A stretch of DNA of 64,000 nucleotides from Eledone cirrhosa (lineage: Eukaryota). A program made the translations under genes and the position numbers. The notes under the pieces are model-generated. The model saw only the letters and a list, made by a program, of their open reading frames with translations. It was not told the origin of the DNA and did no database searches. Shown here piece after piece: positions 1-12,559 of this stretch. The stretch is from contig OZ024763.1 of assembly GCA_964016885.1 (NCBI GenBank), positions 4,402,001 through 4,466,000 on the forward strand. The letters are read 5' to 3'. Every line of letters starts with the position of its first letter. The stretch's first letter is position 1.

Positions 1-592
1 ACTGGTTTTCTAGCAGAATAGCTTAGCATATTTCACAATATATATATATATATATGAAAAGATGGCATGCTGCGTGGCTGCAAATCTTTTCATATATTTA
101 TATATTTTCCTCCGCTGTGACCTGTCTTTTTCTTTCTTACTGCTTCCCCTTTCTCTGTATCTCTCACTTTCTTTTAACACTCTCTACCAGTCACTCTCTC
201 AGTTAGCCTCTTCCTCACACTTTCACTCACTCACTCTCTGCTACTCCCTCTCCATTACTTCCTCCCGTTTGACCTGTGTGAAATCCTTTTCTCGCTCACA
301 TTTCACCCAGGTTGGATGGTCTTTATCTCTCGTCTACGATTTCACAGAACTTATGTTCATCGATTTCAGGGACTTGACTCCTTCTTCCTTACTTTTCGTT
401 GCATTACCATCTTTGTTTGTTTACGGTCTCGCTCGTTTCACCCTATTTACGTGTCCCAACGACTTTCTTTAGCCGTTACTCGCACCAACCAGAGGTAAAT
501 GGTCTTTAAAGCGATGAAATACCAATGAAGGCTGGAAGATCACTGATGAAGGACTAAATTTATTCATATATATATATATATATATATATATA

Positions 593-1127
593 ATCATCAT
601 TATCATCACCAATTTACATCCATTCTTCCACGCTAGCATGGGTTAGATGGGTTGTGCTGTAGTGGGCAATGCCATGTGAGGTGGCCTCGTCTTGTTCATA
701 TGGAACTGATTTTGGCTGGGTTTTTACAGCTGGATGCCCTTCCTAACACCAACCTCATTTACAGTGAGTACTGGGTGTTTTTTTTACCGTGGCACCTATA
801 CGATATATGTATATATATACACACACATACATATACACACTTATATATATATATATATATATACACGATCGTGTAGGTGTCACGACAAAAAAACACACAG
901 TCCACGCTGTAATGTGGCCGTGTAGGCAACACGGTAAAAACCTCCCAGACCCACACTGTAAATGTGGTTGGTGTTAGGAAGGGCATCCAACTGTAGAAAA
1001 CCCGCCAGACAGTCCTATGCGAGCAAGACAATCACTCTTGCCTCAAGTGGGACTACCCCCGTCCAAACCCATGCAAGCGTGGAACACGGACGTTAAACGT
1101 TGATGATGATGATGATGATGATGATGA
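593..1127. mobile_element. Two back-to-back (GAT)n-tailed SINE 3' parts (minus 593-795, plus about 865-1127)
   Basis: GGATGCCCTTCCTAACACCAACC at about 732 is the reverse complement of about 965-988; (CAT)n and (GAT)n tails point outward. Confidence 0.8.
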
Positions 1128-2316
1128 CACACACACATAATAAACAAAAACATTAAGCTCTTTTTACAGTTTGGATGAGCCAAACATACAAACCTTTTGA
1201 ATAACTGTCACAATCAATGATATTAAATTTGTGTATGTGTATGTGTGTGTAGATAAATTCTGACTGTGTTGAACAATAAATTTATGTTAGTATTTTTCTT
1301 GTCTTTGGCGTATCTTATTAAAAAGATATATAAAATAAATATAAATTGTAAGGTGGCAATTGAATCCATGTCTGTTTTATTGACACGTTAATTTACTGCC
1401 TGGTCAGAAGCTTTTTTACTTCTTATTGTCACAATAGATTCTCTATTTCTATAGAATGACAAAGTTTGTTTTGTTTTTCTTTTTAAACTGTTAATATTTC
1501 TATGTGAAGTTACTTGACCAGTGGTTAAGGTGTTGGAGGTCTTGATTGTAAAGTCTCAGGTTCAAACCCTGGTCATGTGTCTTTCAGTGAGGCACTTTAT
1601 ATCACATTGCTCCAGTTCACAGCTAAAATAAAGGAGTACCAGTACCAGCCTCAGCCCCAGCCCCAACAGCGGCAACCATTGAGAGTTAGCTCTACTATCA
1701 ACTGCCATCCCAAGGGGTGAAGGTATTCTTCTATTCTCAGTTACTTAACACCGATGAAACCAGGATAAGCTCCATGCTTTTTCACAGCCATGGAATTTTG
1801 GAAGAATAGATGTCAAATGAGACCTCTAACTCTAACACATATCTCTATTGTATACATCTGGCTTCATTCACCATATGGCCATTAATTGACTCATTTTTGA
1901 GGATATTTTAAAGGTTTCATCCCGTAATTTTTCATTTTGTGATCTAAAGCAGTGATTCTCAGTGACCCTGGTCACATTCCTCTCCTACTTGTGCACCCAG
2001 TTCTCAGAGACCCAGGTCATATTCTGCCCCCTCCCCCCACTAATAATCCTAGGTCACTATCCTCCCCCCATTTGTCCCAGTTCTCAGAGATCTAGGTTAC
2101 ACTCTGCACCCCCTCCACAGTCCCAGTCTTCATAGCCCCTTCCCACCATTTTCAATAACCATCCAATAATTTTTCACCCAAGCACCATATTAACATGAAC
2201 AAGTTTTTCAAACCACAATGGTTGTCTGAAGCAACTCTTATAAACTGTTAATTATGGATTGCCATTAAAGTTTCATACACTGTTATTTCATTTGATATAT
2301 ATATATATATAGATAT

Positions 2317-2349
<33 letters not shown>

Positions 2350-2353
<4 letters not shown>

Positions 2354-2716
2354 CAGATGACATTTATTGTATTCAGCCAGCCATTTAGAGTGATAAATTA
2401 CTTGTTTGTTGTTTAAATATGAAACTGACTGGCCTATCTGCTAATATGCAAATCTGGTTGATCAGCCAATCTGCTATGCAAATCAGGCTGATCAGTCACT
2501 GTGTATATTTTAGAAAATATCATATATTTTCACTAGCTCTGACAGTTGGCAGGTGAGCAGTATACTGCACTGATGAAGGGTAATCACTCAGAAACATTAG
2601 TGTCTGCAGTTCTGTTTACATGCCAACACAAGAGCCTGAATGATGGGGTCATTCTACTGACATGGCTATTAAAGAGGTTGTTTGCATAATAATATTAAAA
2701 AAACTCAGATTACATT

Positions 2717-2789
<73 letters not shown>

Positions 2790-3118
2790 TTTGATTGCAA
2801 ACGAATCGAATATTAACATTATTATTCAATATAAAACCCATAATTACATTTATGTAATAGGTTATGTTAAAGTAAAATATTCTAATTTTCAGCAAGGCCA
2901 GCTGTAAAATTGCTCAATATGCAAATGAGGTTAATCAGTCGATGTATACTTTAGAAAATACTGTTGAATGCTACTGTTGAATGAACGGATGATGTTAGTC
3001 ATCAAAAACAAAAGAGTGTGGCTGCCTGCTTGCAAATGAATCGAATATTATTATTATTTGATATAAAACCCATAATTACATTTATGTTAGAGCGAAAAAT
3101 CTAATTCTAATTTTGTTT
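2350..3118 (+). mobile_element. Two related (TA)n-embedded units with terminal direct repeats (2350-2720 and 2782-3118)
   Basis: AACTCAGAT(G/T)ACATTTATT at both ends of unit 1; about 60-bp repeat 2794-2855 / 3030-3086 in unit 2; shared ATGCAAAT.AGG.T.ATCAGTC..TGTATA.TTTAGAAAATA block. Confidence 0.75.
2564..2610 (+). ncRNA. Minimal type-I hammerhead ribozyme motif
   Basis: ACTGCA-CTGATGA-a GGGT aatc ACTC a-GAAA-CATTAGTG-TC-TGCAGT. Confidence 0.8.
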
Positions 3119-3129
3119 ATATATACACA

Positions 3130-3209
3130 ATGTACACTATAGTGGGTATATTGGTATTTCATTTGATATATATATACCTTATACACTATAGTGTATGGTA
3201 TTTCATTTG

Positions 3210-3246
<37 letters not shown>

Positions 3247-4670
3247 ATATACTCTATAGTATGGTATTTAATTTGATATATATACATATATATATACACT
3301 ATAGTATGGTATTTCATTTGATATATATATATATATACACACACACAATATACTCTATAGTATGGTATTTCATTTGATATATATACATATATATATACAC
3401 TATAGTATGGTATTGCATTTGATATATATATATATATATATACTATAGTATGGTATTTCATTTGATATATATATATATATACACACACACAATATACTCT
3501 ATAGTATGGTATTTCATTTGATATATATACATATATATATACACTATAGTATGGTATTTCATTTGATATATATATATATATATATACTATAGTATGGTAT
3601 TTCATTTGATATATATATATACACTATAGTATGGTATTTCATTTGATATATATATATATATATAATATACACTATAGTATGGTATTGCATTTGATATATT
3701 ATCATCATCATCTTCGTTTAACGTCCATCTTCCACGCTAGCATGGGTTAGATGGGAGTTGGCTCACTTGAGGCAAGTGGGATATATATATATATACAATA
3801 TACTCTATAGTATGGTATTTCATTTGATATATATATATATATATACACTATAGTATGGTTTTTCATTTGATATATATACATATATATATACACTATAGTT
3901 TGGTATTTCATTTGATATATATATATATATCTACACTATAGTATGGTTTTTCATTTGAAATATATATATATATATACACTATAGTATGGTTTTTCATTTG
4001 ATATATATATATATATATATATACACTATAGTATGGTATTTCATTTGATATATATATATACACTATAGTATGGTTTTTCATTTGAAATATATATATATAT
4101 ATATACACTATAGTATGGTATTTCATTTGATATATATATATATATACACTATAGTATGGTATTTCATTTGATATATATATATATATATACACTATAGTAT
4201 GGTATTTCATTTGATATATATATATATATATACACTATAGTATGGTTTTTCATTTGATATATATATATATATACACTATAGTATGGTTTTTCATTTGAAA
4301 TATATATATATATATACACTATAGTATGGTATTTCATTTGATATATATATATACACTATAGTATGGTTTTTCATTTGAAATATATATATATATATATACA
4401 CTATAGTATGGTATTTCATTTGATATATATATATACACTATAGTATGGTATTTCATTTGATATATATATATATATACACTATAGTATGGTATTTCATTTG
4501 ATATATATATATATATACACTATAGTATGGTATTTCATTTGATATATATATATATATACACTATAGTATGGTATTTCATTTGATATATATATATATACAC
4601 TATAGTATGGTATTTCATTTGATATATATATATATACACTATAGTATGGTATTTCATTTGATATATATAC
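3130..4670. repeat. Composite satellite: constant 24-bp core CACTATAGTATGGTATTTCATTTG alternating with variable (TA)n
   Basis: Roughly 30-35 units; interrupted at about 3700-3780 by a SINE tail fragment. Confidence 0.95.
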
Positions 4671-4934
4671 ACAATGTATACTGTGTTTGGGTAGAGACAA
4701 ACACGCACACATATATATATATATACACATATATATGTATACACACATATATATGTATACACACATATATATATATACACACAAGACTCCTCCTCTGACT
4801 AACACTCTCCCCAAGACTCCTCTGACTAACACTCATCCCCTGGGAGACAATTACCTCCCATTTCAGAATCACTCCTTTAAAAACTGAAAAAGAAAGAAAA
4901 ACCAAATTTTTTAAAAATTTCTTTTCAAAAGAAA

Positions 4935-5160
4935 TTAACCCTTTACCATTCACATTACTCTATATTAACTATTGTATTTTCATGGAAAACACTTTATTTC
5001 ACATAATTATCTCACATAATATCGAATCTACAAGAACTTGATATTATTTTTGAGAACAATATCTTAACATAAGTATGAACAGCTGGTTACTGCCGGTTTG
5101 AACAGAAAGAAGTGAGAGAATTCTGGCTGGATATGGCCGGTTTAAATGCTAAAGGGTTAA
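4935..5160. mobile_element. piggyBac-type MITE
   Basis: TTAA-CCCTTTACCATT ... AATGCTAAAGGG-TTAA (TTAA target sites, 11/12 TIR match). Confidence 0.85.
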
Positions 5161-5281
5161 ATGTTTTATTTGCTTTTTATATGTGAGAAAAAATCTCAAT
5201 TTTAAATTGTAAATACAGTTATATATATATATATTATATAGAGGAGGATATATACTCGACCATGATGTCTAGTGGTTTTGG

Positions 5282-5361
<80 letters not shown>

Positions 5362-5413
5362 TATATATAAATTATATATATTATATATGTATTATATATA
5401 TATATATATATAT

Positions 5414-5837
5414 ATAATATAAGATCAAAAGATGGTTAAAGGAGTTCCATATATTTTATTATGCGCATTTCAAAAACAAACATCATCAAACAATAATATT
5501 TGTGTTTTCATCAGATAAAACAGGAGAACATGATATGAAGGCTAAAAAACACTTGTTGATAGTGCAGTTTTAAATCAACATATGTTGATTTAAAACTGCA
5601 CTATCAACAAGTGTTTTTTAGCCTTCATATCATGTTCTCCTGTTTTATCTGATGAAAACACAAATATTATTGTTTGATGATGTTTGTTTTTGAAATGCGC
5701 ATAATAAAATATATGGAACTCCTTTAACCATCTTTTGATCTTATATTATGTATACTCCAGTCCCACAAACTGTAGAGTGCTTCTTATCCGATATCTGCAT
5801 TGCTTTATTGTACTACAATAAAACTCACCTCCTACAT
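5414..5837 (+). mobile_element. Fold-back Penelope-like mini-element: perfect 336-bp palindrome (5414-5749) plus about 88-bp tail, in (TA)n
   Basis: 168-bp arms, no spacer, centre CAACAT/ATGTTG at 5581/5582. Confidence 0.85.
5643..5709 (+). ncRNA. Type-I hammerhead ribozyme motif (mirror copy on minus strand at 5454-5520)
   Basis: TTTTAT-CTGATGA-16-bp stem II with G-U pairs and GTTT loop-GAAA-TGCGCA-TA-ATAAAA. Confidence 0.88.
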
Positions 5838-5855
5838 TATATATATATATATATA

Positions 5856-6068
5856 GTAATAATAATAAATTTGAAGACTAAAATCCAAAGAGGGCTCGAT
5901 AAGGATAAATATATATCAAATATATAAGAACCGTAGAGCAAATATTTATTAAAATAACAGATTAAAGTTTAAGCAAAGAATCGCTGCTTTCACCCTTAAC
6001 TTCAGTAGATCTCGTTAAGGGTGAAATCAGCGATTCTTTGCTTAAACTTTAATCTGTTATTTTAATAA

Positions 6069-6072
<4 letters not shown>
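5856..6072 (-). mobile_element. Fold-back mini-element in (TA)n; unfolded relatives at about 8180-8255 and 30498-30562
   Basis: 59-bp arms 5942-6000 and 6014-6072, 13-nt spacer, tail 5856-5941. Confidence 0.8.
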
Positions 6073-6101
<29 letters not shown>

Positions 6102-6179
6102 ATTATATATATATGTAAAATCCAGATTACTGCAGCAACTGGTTTCAGCTGAAACTGCATGGTGCCGCATTTGGAATTT

Positions 6180-6249
<70 letters not shown>

Positions 6250-7290
6250 CACGCTGCATCTCCCCATGTATTGAGTACTCCGATGATTAGGGGTCTCCTC
6301 GGCCTTAGCACTGAAGACTCTGTCGCTCTCTCTCTCTCTCTATATATATATACATATACATACATCTATATATATATTTATATATATACATACATATATA
6401 TATATATACATGCACGCACACACACACATATATAATGTTCATAATTTGAATTTATAATCTGTTTTGATGACAACTATAAATATGTTACAATTTTTGCAGT
6501 TTTTGACAGATCTGAAAACTATTTTTCACCTGTAAAATAAAAAATAAATAAATAAAATACTGAGAAATATGAAGAACTTCATCTATTTCTCATTCATATA
6601 TATATATTTTATTTTCTTTTTTATAAAACAAATTTAATAAAATATCTTGCTTCTTACTGAATATTAAAAGAAGAAAAAACGAACAGTAACAATAACATTG
6701 ATAATAATGATGAAAATAATAATAATGATAATAATAATAAAAATGATGCAGAAATAAAAAAATGAAATTGTGATGAAATGTCTTTCAGTTAGGTCTTTTG
6801 TTGTTTTGGATTTTGCTATGACAATATAGATATTTAATAGAACATACTGTGACAAAAATTATTTTCCCACAGAAATTGTCCTTTTTTAAATAGTAGCAAA
6901 TGAAACAGGCGTTTCGTTCCTTTCTCCACCAGCTCGGCTTAGTCATGTACTGTAGCAGTCACCTTGGCAGTGGGGTCATGTTTTTCTTTCTCAAGAAATA
7001 AGGAACATTCACATCCGTGCTTTGATGGGCAAATTAAAAAGTGTGAACAAAGGAATCTATTCACAACCTATGCTCTGTTTATATTTTCATTCTGAAGGAT
7101 TTGCAAACGATTTGTAATGTTTGTGCAACTATGAAGTATTAATTGTATTATATGTGTTTATATTTTCATTCTGTAAGAATTATAAACAATAAAATGAATA
7201 TATTATATATATATATATTTATATATATATTTATAAAACCATAAGATTTCGACTAGGTTATCAAACAACATGACCCTCCTAAAGTACAAC

Positions 7291-8035
7291 AATCACCATC
7301 ATCATCATCATCTTCGTTTAACGTCCATTTTCCACGCTAGCATGGGTTAGACGGGAGTTGTCCCACTTGAGGCAAGGTTGGTCGGGTGATCATGTCTTGC
7401 TCATATAGGACTATCTGGCAGGTTTTCTATGGCTGGATGCCCTTCCTAACACCAACCACATTTACAGCGTGAACTGGGAACTTTTTACCGTGTTACCTAC
7501 ACGGCCACATTACAGCGTGGACTGTGAGTTTTTTGTCGTGACACCTACACGGCCACATTACAGCGTGGACTGTGAGTTTTTTGTCGTGACACCTACACGG
7601 CCACATTACAGCGTGGACTGTGAGTTTTTTGTCGTGACACCTACACGGCCACATTACAGCGTGGACTGTGAGTTTTTTGTCGTGACACCTACACGGCCAC
7701 ATTACAGCGTGGACTGTGAGTTTTTTGTCGTGACACCTACACGGCCACATTACAGCGTGGACTGTGAGTTTTTTGTCGTGACACCTACACGGCCACATTA
7801 CAGCGTGGACTGTGAGTTTTTTGTCGTGACACCTACACGGCCACATTACAGCGTGGACTGTGAGTTTTTTGTCGTGACACCTACACGGCCACATTACAGC
7901 GTGGACTGTGAGTTTTTTGTCGTGACACCTACACGGCCACATTACAGCGTGGACTGTGAGTTTTTTGTTGTGACACCTACACGACCACATTACAGCGTGG
8001 ACTGTGTGTTTTTTTCTTGTGAGACCTACACGATC
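7291..8035 (-). mobile_element. (GAT)n-tailed SINE copy with an internal 48-bp unit amplified 11 times (7496-8024)
   Basis: Unit CCTACACGGCCACATTACAGCGTGGACTGTGAGTTTTTTGTCGTGACA; present once in the copy at 870-930. Confidence 0.9.
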
Positions 8036-8274
8036 TCGATCTCGATCTCATTTATCTCATTTATTTGGACTGGTAACAATATATATATATATATATATAT
8101 TATATGTATACACTCACACATATATAATTTTTTATGTGTATTTGGTGTATACGTTTGTATGTGTGCTGATTGATATTTTTAGTTTCAGAAGATCCCGTTA
8201 AGGGTGAAAGCAGCGATTCTTTGCTTAAACTTTAATCTGTTATTTTAATAAATATATATATACATATATATATT

Positions 8275-8330
<56 letters not shown>

Positions 8331-8392
8331 TATACTTATATATTATGGAATACTGTTGGCTTCTTGCTACAATAATTTCTATACTTTTCATT

Positions 8393-8425
<33 letters not shown>

Positions 8426-8489
8426 TCACACACACACGCACACACATATATATATATATATGTATAGTTACATATACGAAGGCATGAAA

Positions 8490-8752
8490 ACCCCTGGTAG
8501 GCATTCTATAGATATCTCCATGTCACCTTGATCACTTTGACCGACCAGTCTGTCGTGCTGTTTTACCCATAAGATAACGCCATCCCCCTGGCTGGGCAGG
8601 CAGGCCGGTACTCATTTCTACAGCTGAGTAAACTGGAGCAACGTGAAATAAAGTGTCTTACTCAAGGAAACAACACATCAGCCGCTCCGAGAATTGAACT
8701 CACAACCTTTCGATTGCAAGGCCAATGCTCTAACCACTAAGCCATGCGCCTT
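8490..8752 (-). mobile_element. SINE family B-type copy
   Basis: Reverse complement of the same tRNA head and middle; related degenerate copies near 1505-1780, 8855-8930, 9125-9225 and 32840-33030. Confidence 0.8.
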
Positions 8753-9235
8753 CACATCTCCATATAGCCACCATCAATTTGTAACTGAACTTTAGATGTT
8801 TGATGCAAAAATAATTGGATGTTAGAAATATACTCTGTAGGAAGAGACTGTCTGACGTAGGGTCCAGGGTGCTGGAATCTCAATCATAAGGTCATGGGGT
8901 CAGGTCTTGAGCAAGACGTTATTTTTCATGTTAAGAATAGAGACACTAGCATTAAATCTCTGAATAACTACCATAGAAGGTTCAGCTGAACCTCCATATG
9001 TGTATATTTCATATAAAATAATTTGACTTTGAGTTGCTGTCTCGGTGGCCTAGTGGTAGGTATTAGAGATGATGGAGGTCCTGACCTCGGTTTCAATACC
9101 ACTTACTAATTAGTTTAGGGAAGTTGTGTGGCTTAGTGGTTAGAGAGTTGGACTTATGATCATTATATTGTGAGTTCAATACTTGGACCAGACTCGGTGG
9201 CACATTGTTCTGTGAAACACTTCATTTAAAAATAT

Positions 9236-9422
9236 GGAGGGGATTGGCAGTGTCGGTGGAGCGTCAGACACCATGCTTTGCAGCATAGAGTTATGGTCCT
9301 TTACGTTGTGAGTTGAAATCCCGCCTAGGTTAACTTTGCCTTTCATCCTTACGGGGGTTGATAAAATAAAGTACCAGTAATGCACTGGGGTAATTACTGG
9401 CCTTGTGCCAAAAGTAGAAACA
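9236..9422 (+). mobile_element. SINE family A copy
   Basis: Same head, core and GGCCTTGTGCCAAAAGTAGAAAC end. Confidence 0.85.
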
Positions 9423-10745
9423 TTTTTCAGTTGCGGCCAGTCAATAGTATCAGCCATGGAAGGATCAATGGAAACATTGTTTCCTTGGTCCGATTTGACG
9501 CGTCTCGCCATTGAATGTATTGGCAGTATTGGTAGAGCGCCGGATCCAAAAAGAGGGACCAAATTATAGTATCCAGGTGGAAGGTCACGGAGTAATAATA
9601 TTTTTTAAATGTATAGGAAAGACTAGATGTGAAGTATAGAACATGTATGGATGAAAGGCAAAGTTAACCTCGGTGGTATTTGAATTCGGAGGGCAGAGAG
9701 CCGAAACGAATACTGACGTTCTTCTAACGATTCTGCCAATTCGCCACCTTATCAACTACTTATACAAAGGTGAAATTTACCCTAAATAAATGTTAATACA
9801 GATACGGCACTAATTTCGCGGTAACGAATGCACCTGTACTCCTTTAGTCCGGATAAAATTTCGAACGGGAATTTAAAATTCCCGTCACCGCCGGACTTGT
9901 TCGCTCAATTTAAATATGACGCCTTTTTCTATTGCATCTATAGAGACACCTCTATGAAATATTTGGCTCATTTCTACTTCAAAGTAGTCTTAGTTGTGGA
10001 TGAACTCTTTTGATACCAGACTGCCTGAATCTACCACTGCTTCTACCATAGAAAACTGTTTCTTTTAATGTGTTAATAATCATCTAAAAACCTTCCATCA
10101 TAATTTTATGCATTAACGCTTAATGTTTCAAACACCTACATAATAATAATAAAGTTATTTCTCGTGGTAAGAAACTCTCAGTAGAGCTGGACATCAGATC
10201 AGAAGGTCTTCAGAGAAGAAACCCCCGTTCAAGCAAGTGTTTCGGCCCTCTAAATTCGTGATTCTTTTCAAAATTATTTGAAATGCATATGCTTTGTTTT
10301 TCATTGGAAATACGCCAAGGAAATGTTTAATAACCAAAAAGAAAGTGTCTTATAGGTTCAACTTCAAATACTCCACATGTCCCAGCTATAACATGAAACG
10401 TTTTAAGATGAAATGACCAAGCACACGATAGAGTGCAATTCAAATAGAGCCCAACTTCCAGATTTTCGGGATTAACTTTTAAAGTTCCAGTAAAACTTGC
10501 AAGCATGGGAACAGTAGGAGTGGAGCTGCAACAATCTTTGTAAGTTTTCTAATCATTTTTTTTAATATACTTTTTTTATGAAAAAAAAAATTGAATTTTA
10601 TTAATTGTTCAACGTGTATAAAAATATAATAATATAATTCTGTGAACAATAATGATAAAGGAAAGAAAAAAGAGGGGGAATTCACCACTAATTGCGACAA
10701 TCTGTCACACCTCACACCTTAAGGGTTAACTACACACTTTGTGTC

Positions 10746-10935
10746 TCAAAGTGTAGCCAACACGTTCGTAGCATTACAACAGGTGATGGCGAGGCTAAGG
10801 CGCTGAAATAACCAGGCACCCCCACGGGCATCACCTGACATCTCAGTAAGGTGAGCCGCCAATGAAGACAAGAACTTCGCTGTTAGCGCACCAACCCCAC
10901 CAAATGTCTCGAACGCCACAGACAGGAACAATTAA
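10746..10935 (-). mobile_element. 3' end fragment of a CRE-clade non-LTR retrotransposon ORF
   Basis: VAFETFGGVG...GDARGGAWLFQRLSLAI...NA..VL matches the conserved CRE C-terminus (ET.G.WG...GD.R...QRLS.AIQRGNA). Confidence 0.7.
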
Positions 10936-11174
10936 TCATTTGATAAGTTCTGGTATTTCTTTTATTCCGTTCGGCAGCGGAAGCAGTGACCCCCACATTC
11001 ACCGCTTCATCAATGATAAATTTATTTCTAATTTTCGTAAATTTTGACAATAGCAGCTGTCTCACTTCGTGGTGACATTTATGTTTTCCTTATGGATGTT
11101 TTATGTGTTTTGATCGAATCTCACCATTCTAAAACAGTAGGAAATTATTCGTTTTTTAGTTAATTAGAGGTAGG

Positions 11175-11435
11175 CAGAGCCGGTGCCAAACTAACTGGCA
11201 CCGTTGGCAAAGGTAGATTCTGCCCCATCCTAGGAAAATATCAATTTCAAAATTTATAAACAATAAGTTTAAAAAAATAAAATTTCAACATTTATTTGTC
11301 CCTGCATGAAATAAACCAGATAAAAATGACCTTCAATAAAACTGAAATTTATTTATTTATTTATTTTGAAAATTGTTGATTTGGAGAAATGCGCCCCCTC
11401 CCCCCGAAATCTGTTGCCTAGTAACGCCGGCCCTG
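11175..11435. mobile_element. hAT-type MITE
   Basis: TIRs CAGAGCCGGT / GCCGGCCCTG; degenerate 8-bp TSD GAGGTAGG / GGGGTGGG. Confidence 0.55.
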
Positions 11436-11723
11436 GGGGTGGGTAGGGTGCCTCCTCGGAGTTCTTGGGTTTAGAGGTGAATATTACAACAGTTTCGTTT
11501 TGGAGGAGAAATTTATGTTTTTCTTGTTTTGTTGTTGTTGATGTTTTGAACGTATGTGGCCTTCAATAGTTGGCAGAAAGGCTGGTGACCAATCAATATG
11601 GAATTACAGGAACTGGGGAATGGATTCCAGGGTTGTTCGATTTCCAAACAGTCAAAGAGAAATTTTGAGTTGGTATAGAATCAGTAAAACACTATACAGG
11701 GGAGAGAGAGAAAGTAGTAGGAG

Positions 11724-11769
<46 letters not shown>

Positions 11770-11994
11770 CCATATACATATGAAAAAGGGAGGGGATATA
11801 ACTGTAAACATGTAAAGCAACAGGTCTCTCTCTCTGTCTGTCTGTTGGTCTCTCTCTCTCTCTCTTTCTCGAGGGAGCGAGATTGACTTTCTGTTATTAG
11901 CAACATGGGAAGCTAAGCCAGAAGTTTGTTTTTATAGATTGACACACAACTCTATAAAGTAGACACGCACGTACACATGTGTACAGACGCAGGC

Positions 11995-12055
<61 letters not shown>

Positions 12056-12559
12056 TTCTCTCTCTCTCATGATATAAACACGCACGTGCACACGTATTTT
12101 CTTTCTCATTCTATCTTCTGATAAACGACTAACGCCCGAAACATCAAGATTCTTTTCCTCCTATATCATGCGTTAAACTAATATATATCTTCATTGTATT
12201 GTATCGTTTTCCTGTGCTGTTTTCCGTCAACTCCGCGCGCGCGCGCACACATAAATTGCTAACTAAATTCACTTGTGTTTTCCTAGCGTTGAAAAGAATT
12301 CCGTTTCTTCATCTTCTTACTCTCGTCTACCTTTCTACTTCTTCCACCTCTGCTTATATCCGATGAATCACTAACATCCGAAACGTTGAAGCGCTCTGCC
12401 TTACTATATCAAGTGTTAAACTATTATGTCATTATCATACTGTGTCGTCTTCCTGTGTTGCTTTTACTCGTTGGCTTTTCGTATACAGACATACATACGT
12501 ACGTATGTTTGTCTCTCTTTCTCTTAATTTCAAGTACATTTTCGACCGGCCACCTTCCT

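Noticed and set aside
543-566. CTGATGA near the end of a (TA)n-flanked insert
   Set aside because: No downstream GAAA/stem III before the (TA)n; cannot be folded as a hammerhead
3130-4670. CRISPR-like repeat/spacer appearance
   Set aside because: Spacers are only (TA)n, no cas genes, eukaryotic context
5414-5749. Palindromes as MITEs or assembly artefacts
   Set aside because: Asymmetric tails, no transposon-type TIR ends, and recurrence in independent families with copy-specific turn points argue against both; read-level check still advisable
10195-10250. Possible type-II hammerhead on the minus strand (GAAA...CTGAAGA)
   Set aside because: Stems I and II do not pair in register
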